DNA of 64,000 nucleotides from a virus. Positions 9,293 through 18,247 of this stretch are shown here, in pieces. Both the position numbers and the translations under genes were made by a program. Position 1 is the stretch's first letter; the number at the start of each line of letters is the position of its first letter. The notes under the pieces were generated by a model. That model made no database searches. It saw only the letters and a program-made list of their open reading frames with translations, and was not told the origin of the DNA. The stretch spans positions 1-64,000 of IMG/VR virus record IMGVR_UViG_3300048930_001424; one strand, 5' to 3'.

Positions 9293-11739
9293 CCACCGAA
9301 TCTTCCGGCGACGCGGAGCCCAATGACCCGACGGCGGGCCGCGAGACATCCTCAACCCTCGCGGCCCTCGACCCGACCCGCATCCCCGCAGCCCTGCGTG
9401 AACGTTCGCAGTGGGTGTGCTGGAAGTACATCACCCGGGGCGGGAAGCAGACCAAGTGCCCCGTCAACGCGCGGGGGGGCGGGCGCGCGGATTCGACTGA
9501 TCCGGCAACCTGGGCCTCATTCGATGAGGTGGTCGCGGCGTGGAAGACGGGTGGGTACGCCGGTATCGGTTACGTCTTCACTGCCGACGGCCCGTTCGCC
9601 GGGATCGACCTGGACGGGTGTATCGACGACGCCGGGAACATCGTCTCGGCCGCACGCCAGATCATCGACTCGCTGAACTCCTACACCGAGATCTCGCCCA
9701 GCGGGCGCGGCGTGAAGGTGTTTATCGCCGGGCGCAAGCCGGATGGCGTCGGCTGCAAGTCCAAGGCCATCGCAGGATTCAAGGAATCCGAGGTTTACGA
9801 CCGGGATCGGTTCTTCACCGTTACGGGTCAGCGCGTGCCGGACACGCCGGATGGCGTTGAGGAGCGGCAGACCGCACTCAACACGCTCTGCACGCGGCTT
9901 TGGCCGAAGAAGCCGAAGCCGCATCTGAATGGAGCAGTCGTCGGCACAGGCTTCGGTGGTGACGACGCCGCGCTGATCAAGCGTGCCAGCGCCGCGAAGA
10001 ACGGCGATCGCTTCGGAAAACTGTGGGCGGGCGACACGTCTCTGCACGGCGACGACGCCAGCGGGGCCGATCAGGCGCTGTGCAACTCCCTCGCGTTCTG
10101 GACCGGCAAGGACGCCGACCGGATGGATCGCCTGTTCCGTGGCTCGGGCCTGTTCCGTGAGAAATGGGACGAGAAGCGCGGTGCCCGAACCTACGGACAG
10201 ATGACAATCGAGAAGGCGATTGCGGACTGCCAGGAGACATATGCACCGCGCCGCCGTGCCGCGTCAACGACCGCCGCGCCCGATGGCAGCGCAGAACCCG
10301 AGCCCGGCGAGGGCGGTGATTCGCTCGTGCCACTCGGCCAGCACGACCCCGCGACCGGCCGGTTGGTGCTCTCGCCCCGGCGCACGCTTCCGACGGCCGA
10401 GGCATACGCCCGCGAGTTCAACCAGCACGCCGAAGGCCGAACGCTGCACGGCTATGGCGGCCTGCTCATGGAATGGCGCGGCAACCGCTACTGCCAAGTG
10501 GAGGAGGAATGGCTCAAGCAGCGGCTCCAGCCGTGGCTGCACAAGGCGCTGCGGTATGTGCTCAACAAGCAGACGGGCGAGATGGAACTGGTGGACTTCG
10601 AGTCCAACCCGACGACGGTCAAGCAGGCGCTCGACACCATCCGAGCGTTCGTTCACCTCCCCGCTTCGACGGTGTCTCCATCATGGCTCGGCAGCGGCAA
10701 GGACCGTCCGCCCGCGCTCGAACTGCTGCCCTGCAAGTCGCTGAATCTGCATATCCCGACCGGGCGCGTGTTGGCCCCGACGCCCGCGCTGTTCACCATC
10801 AACGCGCTCGACTTCGACTACGAACCCAACCCCGAGCCGCCCGAGCGGTGGATCAAGTTCCTCGAGCAGTTGTTCGGGGACGACCTCGAATCCGTGGACC
10901 TGCTCCAGGAATGGATGGGCTACTGCCTCACGGGCGACACGAGCCAGCAGAAGATGCTGCTCCTCGTGGGGCCGAGGCGGTCGGGCAAGGGCACGATCGG
11001 CCGCATCGTCACACGCCTGGTCGGCGCGGGCAACGTCGTGGGGCCAACGACCAGCAGTCTGGCCGGGAACTTCGGCCTCCAGCCCCTGATCGAGAAGTCC
11101 CTGGCCATCGTCAGCGACGCTCGCTTCGGCGGCGACAACGTCGGCACCGTCGTCGAACGCCTGCTGTGCATTTCTGGCGAGGACACCCTGACCATCGACC
11201 GCAAGTTCCTCGGGTCCGTCAGCATGAAACTGGCGACGCGGTTCATGTTCCTGACGAACGAACTGCCCCGCCTCAACGACGCCAGCACGGCGTTGGCCGG
11301 GCGATTCCTTGTGCTGCGGCTTTCCAACACGTTCTACGGCACCGAGGACGTGACGCTCACCGACCAACTGCTCGCCGAGTTGCCGGGAATCCTGCTCTGG
11401 GCGATTGAGGGGTGGAAGCGGCTGCGGGCGCGCGGTCGGTTCATCCAGCCCAAGAGCGGCGAGGACGCCATCCGCGACATGGAGGACCTCGGCTCCCCTG
11501 TCGGCGCCTTCATCCGCGACCGCTGCGTTGTCGGCGTGGGCCATCGAGCATGGGTGGACAACCTCTACGACGCCTGGAAGGGGTGGTGCGAGCAGGACGG
11601 GCGCAATGCAGTCAGCACGAAGCAGGCGTTCGGACGCGACCTCATGGCCGCCGCGCCGGGCGTTGCGCGCCGTCGCGGAACAGGCATGGTCTCGTTCTAC
11701 GAGGGCATCGGGCTACGCGGGGAGGTGCCGCCCGTATGA
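9289..11739 (+). CDS. primase-polymerase (NrS-1-like) fused to P4/D5-family SF3 helicase
   Basis: QWVCWK, GIDLDGC, YTEISPSGRG, RFFTVTG; Walker A GPRRSGKGT; FMFLTNELP; GTG start with AAGGAGG RBS. Confidence 0.9.
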   Translation: MTTESSGDAEPNDPTAGRETSSTLAALDPTRIPAALRERSQWVCWKYITRGGKQTKCPVNARGGGRADSTDPATWASFDEVVAAWKTGGYAGIGYVFTADGPFAGIDLDGCIDDAGNIVSAARQIIDSLNSYTEISPSGRGVKVFIAGRKPDGVGCKSKAIAGFKESEVYDRDRFFTVTGQRVPDTPDGVEERQTALNTLCTRLWPKKPKPHLNGAVVGTGFGGDDAALIKRASAAKNGDRFGKLWAGDTSLHGDDASGADQALCNSLAFWTGKDADRMDRLFRGSGLFREKWDEKRGARTYGQMTIEKAIADCQETYAPRRRAASTTAAPDGSAEPEPGEGGDSLVPLGQHDPATGRLVLSPRRTLPTAEAYAREFNQHAEGRTLHGYGGLLMEWRGNRYCQVEEEWLKQRLQPWLHKALRYVLNKQTGEMELVDFESNPTTVKQALDTIRAFVHLPASTVSPSWLGSGKDRPPALELLPCKSLNLHIPTGRVLAPTPALFTINALDFDYEPNPEPPERWIKFLEQLFGDDLESVDLLQEWMGYCLTGDTSQQKMLLLVGPRRSGKGTIGRIVTRLVGAGNVVGPTTSSLAGNFGLQPLIEKSLAIVSDARFGGDNVGTVVERLLCISGEDTLTIDRKFLGSVSMKLATRFMFLTNELPRLNDASTALAGRFLVLRLSNTFYGTEDVTLTDQLLAELPGILLWAIEGWKRLRARGRFIQPKSGEDAIRDMEDLGSPVGAFIRDRCVVGVGHRAWVDNLYDAWKGWCEQDGRNAVSTKQAFGRDLMAAAPGVARRRGTGMVSFYEGIGLRGEVPPV

Positions 11740-11762
11740 GCCCCGCTGCCCCGCACTGTCAC

Positions 11763-11870
11763 GAACTGTCGCGTCAGTCGCCATCGTTGCCGACCGCACC
11801 CCGCGTGCGTGCGTGCGCGTGCGATGGCGCGCCCGCGTGCATAGGTATCAATAGGAACTGTCGCGTCAGT
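11763..11870. repeat. 16-bp direct repeat GAACTGTCGCGTCAGT x2 (candidate replication origin)
   Basis: Copies at 11763-11778 and 11855-11870 flank a (GCGT)n tract and a short AT-rich patch, right after the primase-helicase. Confidence 0.55.
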
Positions 11871-12349
11871 GCGCGGCAGTGCGCCGCAGCACCGCCCCCT
11901 TGCGGGCTCCCGCCCGTGGGCCACGACGTTGGCCCGGGTCGCGGCGTTGCGGACGGCTCGGGGCGTTGCCCCGCCGTCGCGCTCGCGGCCCACGGCCCAA
12001 CGTCGCCCAGCAGGGCGCGACGGGGCGGATTGTGGGTAACAGGGTCGGGTGGGCGCGGGTTAGGTACTTCCCGAGGGGGGACCGGCCCCCTACGCCCGCG
12101 GGAACAGCCGCGCTTGGCGACTGAGTTTGTTTGCGCGTCCGAGCGCCGGGCGGGGGGCGTCGCGGCGTTCTCCGCCCGCTCCGGCCAGGCCGCGACGTGG
12201 GCCAACGTGGGCGAATCCGTGGCCAACGGGCGGGGCCGGGAACGGGCAACCCGACGCCAATCCGACGCAGATCCAACAGCAAACCGACAGGTCCGGCCGC
12301 GCGTGCGGCGGGGCATGAACGGAATCGCAATCGCCGCAAGGAGCGAGGC

Positions 12350-13717
12350 ATGAAGATCGAGATGTGGCCGCTGGCCAAGGTCAAGCCGTACGAGAAGAAC
12401 CCGCGCAAGAACGAGGGCGCGATCGACGCGGTCGCCAAGAGCATCCAGGAGTTCGGGTTCCGCGTCCCGATCGTCGTCGATGGCGATGGCGTCGTCATCG
12501 CCGGACACACCCGGCTCAAGGCCGCTGAGAAACTCGGGCTGGAAAAGGTGCCCGTGCATGTCGCGCGGGAACTCAGCGCCGACAAGGTGCGGGCGCTGCG
12601 CATCGCCGACAACAAACTCCACGAACTCTCGTCGTGGGACATGGAGCTGCTGCCGATCGAACTGGGCGACCTTCAGAGCGCCGACTTCGATCTGTCGCTT
12701 CTGGGATTCAGCGAAGAGGACCTGAGCGCGCTCATGGCCCCAGCCGGGAACGATGGGCTCACCGATCCCGACGATGTTCCCGGTCCACCCGACGCCGCGA
12801 CGACCGTGCCCGGCGACATCTGGGTGCTCGGCAACCACCGACTCATGTGCGGCGATAGCAGCAAGCCTGCGGACCTCGACCGTCTGCTCGGCGGCCAGCA
12901 GATCCATCTCGTCAACACGGACCCACCGTACAACGTCAAGGTCGAGCCGCGCTCGAACAACGCCATCGTCGCGGGCCTGAGTTCATTCGCGTTGCCCGGC
13001 AAGTCCGACCAGCACGACCAGCAGAGTGCCGACCTCAACCGCTACCCCGAGAAGAGCAGGGCCACGCACAAGAAGCTCCGCGCGAAGGACCGCCCGCTCA
13101 TGAACGACTTCATGACTGACGAGGCGTTCGACATGCTGCTCGACGCCTGGTTCGGCAACATCGCCCGCGTCCTGATTCCCGGCGGCGGGTTCTACATCTG
13201 GGGCGGCTACGCCAACTGCGGCAACTACCCGCCCGTGCTGAAGCGTCACGAGCTCTACTTCGCGCAGGCGGTCATCTGGGTGAAGGAGCACCCCGTGCTC
13301 ACGCGCAAGGACTTCATGGGCAACCACGAATGGTGTTTCTACGGCTGGAAGGAGGGCGCTGCCCACCGCTTCTTCGGCCCCGCCAACGTTCCGGATGTGT
13401 GGTCGATCAAGAAGGTCAACCCGCAGAGCATGGTCCACCTCACGGAGAAGCCCGTCGAGTTGGCGCGTCGCGCCATTGAGTTCTCGTCGCGCCCCGGCGA
13501 AAACGTGCTCGACCTCTTCGGCGGGAGCGGCAGCACGCTCATTGGCGCAGAGATGACCGGGCGGCGCGCCTTCCTCATGGAACTCGACGCGCTCTACTGC
13601 GATGTCATCGTGCAGCGGTGGGAGAAGTTCACGGGCCGGAAGGCGGAGCGGCTGGGCTCAAACGCTGTGGCCGAAGAGAAAGCCGCGACCCGTGTCGCGG
13701 CAAAGGGGAAGGCGTGA
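12350..13717 (+). CDS. ParB/Srx N-terminal domain + DNA (N6-A/N4-C) methyltransferase
   Basis: PYEKNPRKN...IAGHTRLKAA...LRIADNK; NTDPPYN; HLTEKPVEL; LDLFGGSGST. Confidence 0.9.
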   Translation: MKIEMWPLAKVKPYEKNPRKNEGAIDAVAKSIQEFGFRVPIVVDGDGVVIAGHTRLKAAEKLGLEKVPVHVARELSADKVRALRIADNKLHELSSWDMELLPIELGDLQSADFDLSLLGFSEEDLSALMAPAGNDGLTDPDDVPGPPDAATTVPGDIWVLGNHRLMCGDSSKPADLDRLLGGQQIHLVNTDPPYNVKVEPRSNNAIVAGLSSFALPGKSDQHDQQSADLNRYPEKSRATHKKLRAKDRPLMNDFMTDEAFDMLLDAWFGNIARVLIPGGGFYIWGGYANCGNYPPVLKRHELYFAQAVIWVKEHPVLTRKDFMGNHEWCFYGWKEGAAHRFFGPANVPDVWSIKKVNPQSMVHLTEKPVELARRAIEFSSRPGENVLDLFGGSGSTLIGAEMTGRRAFLMELDALYCDVIVQRWEKFTGRKAERLGSNAVAEEKAATRVAAKGKA

Positions 13718-13725
13718 TGCACCCC

Positions 13726-13971
13726 TCAGTTCTCGTCGCTGGCGGGGAGCGGCCCGTCGCTCGCCTCGTCCCATTCGAGGGCGTAGCGCTCGGCGATGTC
13801 CGCAAGGTCATGCTCCGTCAGGTAGTCCGCCGTCTTGCGGTCTTGGCAAGCGGCAACCGCTCGCGCGAGGTCAGCCCACTCTTCGATGGTCAGCATCTGG
13901 TCCTGCCGTGCGCCGAGCACATAGAGAGCGGCTTGAAGAACGGCTTCGAGTTGGGCGGGCGTCGCGGTCAT
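13726..13971 (-). CDS. hypothetical protein
   Basis: 81-aa ORF, last gene of a three-gene minus-strand cluster. Confidence 0.6.
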   Translation of the reverse strand: MTATPAQLEAVLQAALYVLGARQDQMLTIEEWADLARAVAACQDRKTADYLTEHDLADIAERYALEWDEASDGPLPASDEN

Positions 13972-13974
13972 AGT

Positions 13975-14439
13975 TCAAGCCCCCTTTCCCGCGACGAAGA
14001 CGCCGCGCTCGTGCTTCTTGAAGCGGGCCGCGTTTCCCTTGGCGGCGATCTCGCGGATGATGGCGGCGTAGAGCGTGGCCTCGGGTGTCTTGCCGCCGGG
14101 GCTCTTCCAGAGTCCCTTGGCCTCCATCTCCGCGATCATGTCCGTCGCCCGCATGGGCTTGGTGGCCTTGGCGAGCACCTGCGCGGCGGCGTCGAGGGCG
14201 CTCACGCGCTTGGGCTTCTTCTCCTTCGCGGGCTTCGGGGCCTTGGGCGTTTTGGGGGCCTTGCCGCCCGTGGCCTTCGCGGCGGGCTTCCCGTCCAGGC
14301 GGTTCTGAATCTCGGCGATCGCCTCCTTGCGGGCCTTGTCCGTCGTGGCGGACATCGCGTGCTTCTGCTTCTGGGCAGCGATGGCGCGGGCGGCGCTCTT
14401 GGACATCCGGGCGGGCTTCTTGGTCGTCTTCGTACTCAT
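13975..14439 (-). CDS. HARE-type winged HTH protein with Lys/Ala-rich N-terminus
   Basis: [10 protein letters not shown]...[23 protein letters not shown]...RFKK; GGAG RBS. Confidence 0.75.
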   Translation of the reverse strand: MSTKTTKKPARMSKSAARAIAAQKQKHAMSATTDKARKEAIAEIQNRLDGKPAAKATGGKAPKTPKAPKPAKEKKPKRVSALDAAAQVLAKATKPMRATDMIAEMEAKGLWKSPGGKTPEATLYAAIIREIAAKGNAARFKKHERGVFVAGKGA

Positions 14440-14529
14440 GCTGATCTCCAAACTACAGGTGCGGAATCCCGCCGCACACTGCGGCGGGGAATCGCGTGCG
14501 GCGCGGTGTCCCGCGTCGTCGCGTGCTGG

Positions 14530-15066
14530 TCACTTCCCGAAGATGTGTTCGGCGAGGCCCGCGGCGAGCAGGCCGACGATGGCCTTGGCCGCGTCGGTCG
14601 TGGGCTTGCGATCCCAGCCCCGGTCGAAGCACGCGACCTCGGTGTGCGTGAAATGCTCCTGCAACCAGAGCTTCGAGATGCGGCTGTCGTCGAGTTCGTA
14701 GGCGGCGTCGGTGGCGTGCTCGGGGAAGACCAGCGCCTCGAAGGCGTGGCCCGCGATGTTCCCCTTGACCCAGGTTCCGCCCGTCGGGCGTCCGGTCTTC
14801 TTGGTGATCTCCAGCGTGTCGAGCATCTCGCTGGGGTCCGTCGGCGTGGTCGGGATGGGCTTCCCGCTCGCGGCGGCGAATCCGGCCTCGAAGGCAAGCG
14901 CGATCGCGTCGCGGATGCTGGCCACCGAGATGTCGTGGAAGTCGAGCGCGTCGCGCTTGCGGTCCTTGAGCGTCTCCAACCCGAGCCGGTTGCGGACCGC
15001 TTCCGTCGCCATGTGGAGGGCCTTGGCCTTGTTCGTCGTCGTCTTCGTGCTCTTTTTCGCGTTCAT
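14530..15066 (-). CDS. DUF6900-like domain protein
   Basis: LGLETL...RDALDFHDISVASIRDAIALAFEAG, followed by a WVKG...SRISKLWL...FDRGWD domain; AAGGAG RBS. Confidence 0.65.
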   Translation of the reverse strand: MNAKKSTKTTTNKAKALHMATEAVRNRLGLETLKDRKRDALDFHDISVASIRDAIALAFEAGFAAASGKPIPTTPTDPSEMLDTLEITKKTGRPTGGTWVKGNIAGHAFEALVFPEHATDAAYELDDSRISKLWLQEHFTHTEVACFDRGWDRKPTTDAAKAIVGLLAAGLAEHIFGK

Positions 15067-15174
15067 GTTCGTGTTCTCCTTTGCGGGGTTCCGCCCCGCG
15101 TTGTGACACATGAAGCCATGACACTCGCCAACCGGCAAGGCAAAGCGGCGAGGATTCGCCGTGAATCTCGCTGT

Positions 15175-15206
15175 TGTGGGCAACTACGCGAACGATGTGG
15201 GCAACT
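15175..15206. repeat. direct repeat TGTGGGCAACT x2 in divergent intergenic region
   Basis: Copies at 15175-15185 and 15196-15206 (21-bp period); related TGTGGGTAAC at 12031. Confidence 0.55.
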
Positions 15207-15235
15207 GGCGGGACGTGCAGGTCCGGGAGGTGGGC

Positions 15236-15475
15236 ATGACTCCCGAACACGCGCCTAGTCCCGGGCCAGCACAGGGGATGTCCCGGCTCAACCCGGCCGC
15301 GTTGCCCGTGGCGGATGCGGCCCGCGTCCTGTCCCGGCTCGGCGGCAAAGCCGTCACCGAAGCGATGCTGCGCGCTGACATCGATGCGGGCGCTCCCGCA
15401 AACGCCGACGGCAGCATCAACCTCGTGCACTACGCCGCATGGCTCGTGAAGGAGTTGTCCGCCGGTGGCGATTAA
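15236..15475 (+). CDS. small DNA-binding protein, candidate terminase small subunit
   Basis: HTH-like (LPVADAARVLS...INLVHYAAWL), directly upstream of and overlapping the terminase. Confidence 0.55.
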   Translation: MTPEHAPSPGPAQGMSRLNPAALPVADAARVLSRLGGKAVTEAMLRADIDAGAPANADGSINLVHYAAWLVKELSAGGD

Positions 15476-17750
15476 CCCGCGCAAACTGAAGCCCGGCGAA
15501 CTTGCGCGACTGTTGAACTCCACGCCCCTGGGCGACGTGATCAACGAGCGGCAGTTGCTTCGTCACCGCACGAGCGCGGGGTTCCGCGTCGCTGCGGACG
15601 GCGACGCTGGCAAGGTCGATCTCTTCCGATACGTCGCGTGGCTGGTGACCTCGCGCCAGGAGGCCATCGCCGAGGCGGAGAAAGATGCGTGTGGTCTGAC
15701 CGGCTATGAGGCGCTCAAGGAGCGTGCCCGGCAGCGCAACGCCACGCTCTCCCTGTCCGGCCGCGACATCGGCGAACTCCCAGCCGTCGCCGACGCTGAC
15801 CGGCGGGCGAAGGCCGAGCGGGACTTCCGTTTCTTCTGCGAGGCGCACTTCCCGCAGACGTTCCATCTCAAGTGGTCGGACGACCACCTGAAGGTGATTG
15901 CCAAGATCGAGCAGGCCGTGCTAGAGGGCGGGCTGTTTGCGATGGCGATGCCGCGTGGTTCGGGCAAGACTTCGCTCTGCGAGACGGCGTGCTTGTGGGC
16001 ATTGCTCTATGGCCACCGAGAGTTCGTCACGCTGATCGGCTCGGACGAGGAGCACGCCTCCGGCATGCTGGAGAGCATCAAGGCGGAGCTGGAGAACAGC
16101 GAGCTACTCGCGGGAGACTTCCCCGAGGTCTGCCACCCCATCCGTTCTCTCGAGGGCATTCACCAGCGGGCGGCGGGGCAGCTCTACCTGGGCGAGCAGA
16201 CGCATATCGGCTGGACCGCGAAGGAGATCGTGCTGCCGACCATCGCCGGCTCGCGGGCATCGGGCGCGATCATCCGCGTGGCGGGCATCACGGGACGCAT
16301 CCGTGGCATGAAGCACAAGCGAGCCGACGGCGCAAGCGTGCGCCCATCCCTCGTGCTGATCGACGACCCGCAGACGGACGAATCGGCGCGATCGCCGTCA
16401 CAGTGCGCTACCCGCGAACGCATCCTCGCGGGAGCGATCCTGGGTTTGGGAGGACCGGGGAAGAAGATCGCGGGGTTGATGACGCTCACCGTGGTGCGGC
16501 CAGACGACATGGCCGACCGCATTCTCGATCGGGACAAGCACCCGCAATGGCAGGGCGAGCGGACGAAGATGGTGTACTCGTTCCCCGTGCGCGATGCGAT
16601 ATGGCAGCAGTACGCCCAACTGCGCGCCGATGGCCTCCGCAACGACAGGGGCATCGTCGAGGCGACCGCGTTCTACGGCCAGCACAAGACCGCGATGGAC
16701 GAAGGCGCTCGGATCGCGTGGCCCGAGCGATTCAATCACGACGAACTGTCTGCCATCCAGCACGCGATGAACCTGCGTCTCCAGGATGAGCACGCCTTCT
16801 TTGCCGAGTATCAGAACGAGCCCCTGCCTGAGGTCGCGGCCGACGACGACCTGCTCAGTGCAGACCAGATCGCGGCCAAGGTCAGCGGGCACGCCCGCGG
16901 GGAACTCCCCATCGGTTGCACGCGCCTCACCATGTTCGTGGACGTGCAGGGGAAAGCCCTCTTCTACTTGGTCGCGGCGTGGGAGGACGACTTCACCGGC
17001 TACGTCATCGACTACGGCACCGAGCCCGACCAGAAGGCTCCGTATTTCACGCTGCGAGATGTGCGACGCACTCTCGCGGCGGCAACTCCCCGCGCGGGGG
17101 TTGAGGGCGCGATCTTCGCCGGGCTCGAACGCCTGACCGGGGCGTACCTGGCCCGCGAGTGGCGACGCGACGACGGCGCGATGGTCCGCATCGACCGCTG
17201 CCTGATCGACGCGAACTGGGGTTCATCGACGGACGTGGTCTACCAGTTCTGCCGCCAGTCACCCCACGCTGGTGTGCTCACGCCCAGCCACGGTCGGTAC
17301 GTCGGCGCATCGAGCATCCCGTTCTCGGAGTACAAGCGGAAGCGAGGAGATCGCGTCGGGCTCAACTGGCGCATTCCTGTGGTGACCGGGAAGCGGGCCG
17401 TCCGTCATGTGATCTTCGACACGAACTACTGGAAGTCGTTCTCGCACGCACGGCTCGCCGTTCCGATGGGTGATCCAGGCTGTCTCTCCCTGTTCGGCAG
17501 CAAGCCGGAGCCGCATCGCCTGCTATCCGAGCATCTGACCAGTGAGTACCGGGTGAAGACCGAGGGGCGCGGTCGGACGGTGGACGAGTGGAAGCTCCGC
17601 GTCGAGGGTCTTGACAACCACTGGCTCGACTGCCTCGTGGGTTCGGCCGTTGCGGCGTCGATGCAGGGCGCGATTCTGTTCGGAACAGACCGGCTGGCCG
17701 TCGCGCGTCCGCGGGTCAAACTGTCCGAGCTTCGGGGAGGGCGACGCTGA
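15465..17750 (+). CDS. terminase large subunit (GpA-like)
   Basis: AMPRGSGKT Walker A, LVLIDDPQT Walker B, MFVDVQ nuclease Asp, DNHWLDCLV. Confidence 0.9.
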   Translation: MAINPRKLKPGELARLLNSTPLGDVINERQLLRHRTSAGFRVAADGDAGKVDLFRYVAWLVTSRQEAIAEAEKDACGLTGYEALKERARQRNATLSLSGRDIGELPAVADADRRAKAERDFRFFCEAHFPQTFHLKWSDDHLKVIAKIEQAVLEGGLFAMAMPRGSGKTSLCETACLWALLYGHREFVTLIGSDEEHASGMLESIKAELENSELLAGDFPEVCHPIRSLEGIHQRAAGQLYLGEQTHIGWTAKEIVLPTIAGSRASGAIIRVAGITGRIRGMKHKRADGASVRPSLVLIDDPQTDESARSPSQCATRERILAGAILGLGGPGKKIAGLMTLTVVRPDDMADRILDRDKHPQWQGERTKMVYSFPVRDAIWQQYAQLRADGLRNDRGIVEATAFYGQHKTAMDEGARIAWPERFNHDELSAIQHAMNLRLQDEHAFFAEYQNEPLPEVAADDDLLSADQIAAKVSGHARGELPIGCTRLTMFVDVQGKALFYLVAAWEDDFTGYVIDYGTEPDQKAPYFTLRDVRRTLAAATPRAGVEGAIFAGLERLTGAYLAREWRRDDGAMVRIDRCLIDANWGSSTDVVYQFCRQSPHAGVLTPSHGRYVGASSIPFSEYKRKRGDRVGLNWRIPVVTGKRAVRHVIFDTNYWKSFSHARLAVPMGDPGCLSLFGSKPEPHRLLSEHLTSEYRVKTEGRGRTVDEWKLRVEGLDNHWLDCLVGSAVAASMQGAILFGTDRLAVARPRVKLSELRGGRR

Positions 17751-17935
17751 TGCCCAGACCCAAGCGAGACATGCCAGTCCAGGGAGGCCAGAAGGTCGGC
17801 CTCGTGTGCAGAGAGTGCGGGTGCCAACACTTCCGTGTGGTGTACCTGAAGCGTCGCCCCGGTGGGATCGTGGTGCGTCGGCGCGAGTGCCGCAACTGCG
17901 GACGGTGGACGCTCACCCGCGAGACGCAGGTTTAG
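17750..17935 (+). CDS. small Zn-ribbon protein (NrdR-N/Ogr-like)
   Basis: CRECGC...RRRECRNCG...TRE. Confidence 0.7.
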   Translation: MPRPKRDMPVQGGQKVGLVCRECGCQHFRVVYLKRRPGGIVVRRRECRNCGRWTLTRETQV

Positions 17936-17966
17936 GTCGATCTATCGACCGACATCGGCCCGCAGC

Positions 17967-17996
17967 CCGCCACATCGCGGAGGCTTCGCGTAGATG
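17967..17996 (+). promoter_or_regulatory. Bipartite promoter-like motif, copy 3 (late/head operon)
   Basis: CCGCCAC-atcgcggaggct-TCGCGTAGATG upstream of the head genes. Confidence 0.7.
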
Positions 17997-18034
17997 ACTC
18001 ATGGACGCACACGCCACTGCGTCGCGGAGCATCG

Positions 18035-18247
18035 ATGCCGGACCCCACCCCAGATCTCGAACAAGCGATCCGCGACAACGCGGCCGGACCCGCCAAGGCG
18101 GCGGGTGACTCCGGCAGCGTCGAGCAGCATTCGCTGCACGACCAGATCGAAGCGGATCGGTATCTCGCCTCCAAGCAGGTGGCAAAGACGCCCACAAGGT
18201 CATTGCGCCTGACGCGGCTCATCCCGCCCGGCGCGGATGGAGGCTGA
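18035..18247 (+). CDS. head completion (gpW-like) protein
   Basis: 70 aa, at the lambda gpW position between terminase and portal. Confidence 0.55.
   Translation: MPDPTPDLEQAIRDNAAGPAKAAGDSGSVEQHSLHDQIEADRYLASKQVAKTPTRSLRLTRLIPPGADGG

Noticed and set aside
11412-12353. 313-aa ORF and other ORFs across 11740-12350
   Set aside because: Arg/Gly/Ala-rich GC artefacts with no motifs; the region looks non-coding, although a short ORF from ATG 11736 cannot be excluded
13618-15258. 546-aa plus-strand ORF
   Set aside because: Antisense shadow of three minus-strand genes that have RBSs and recognisable motifs
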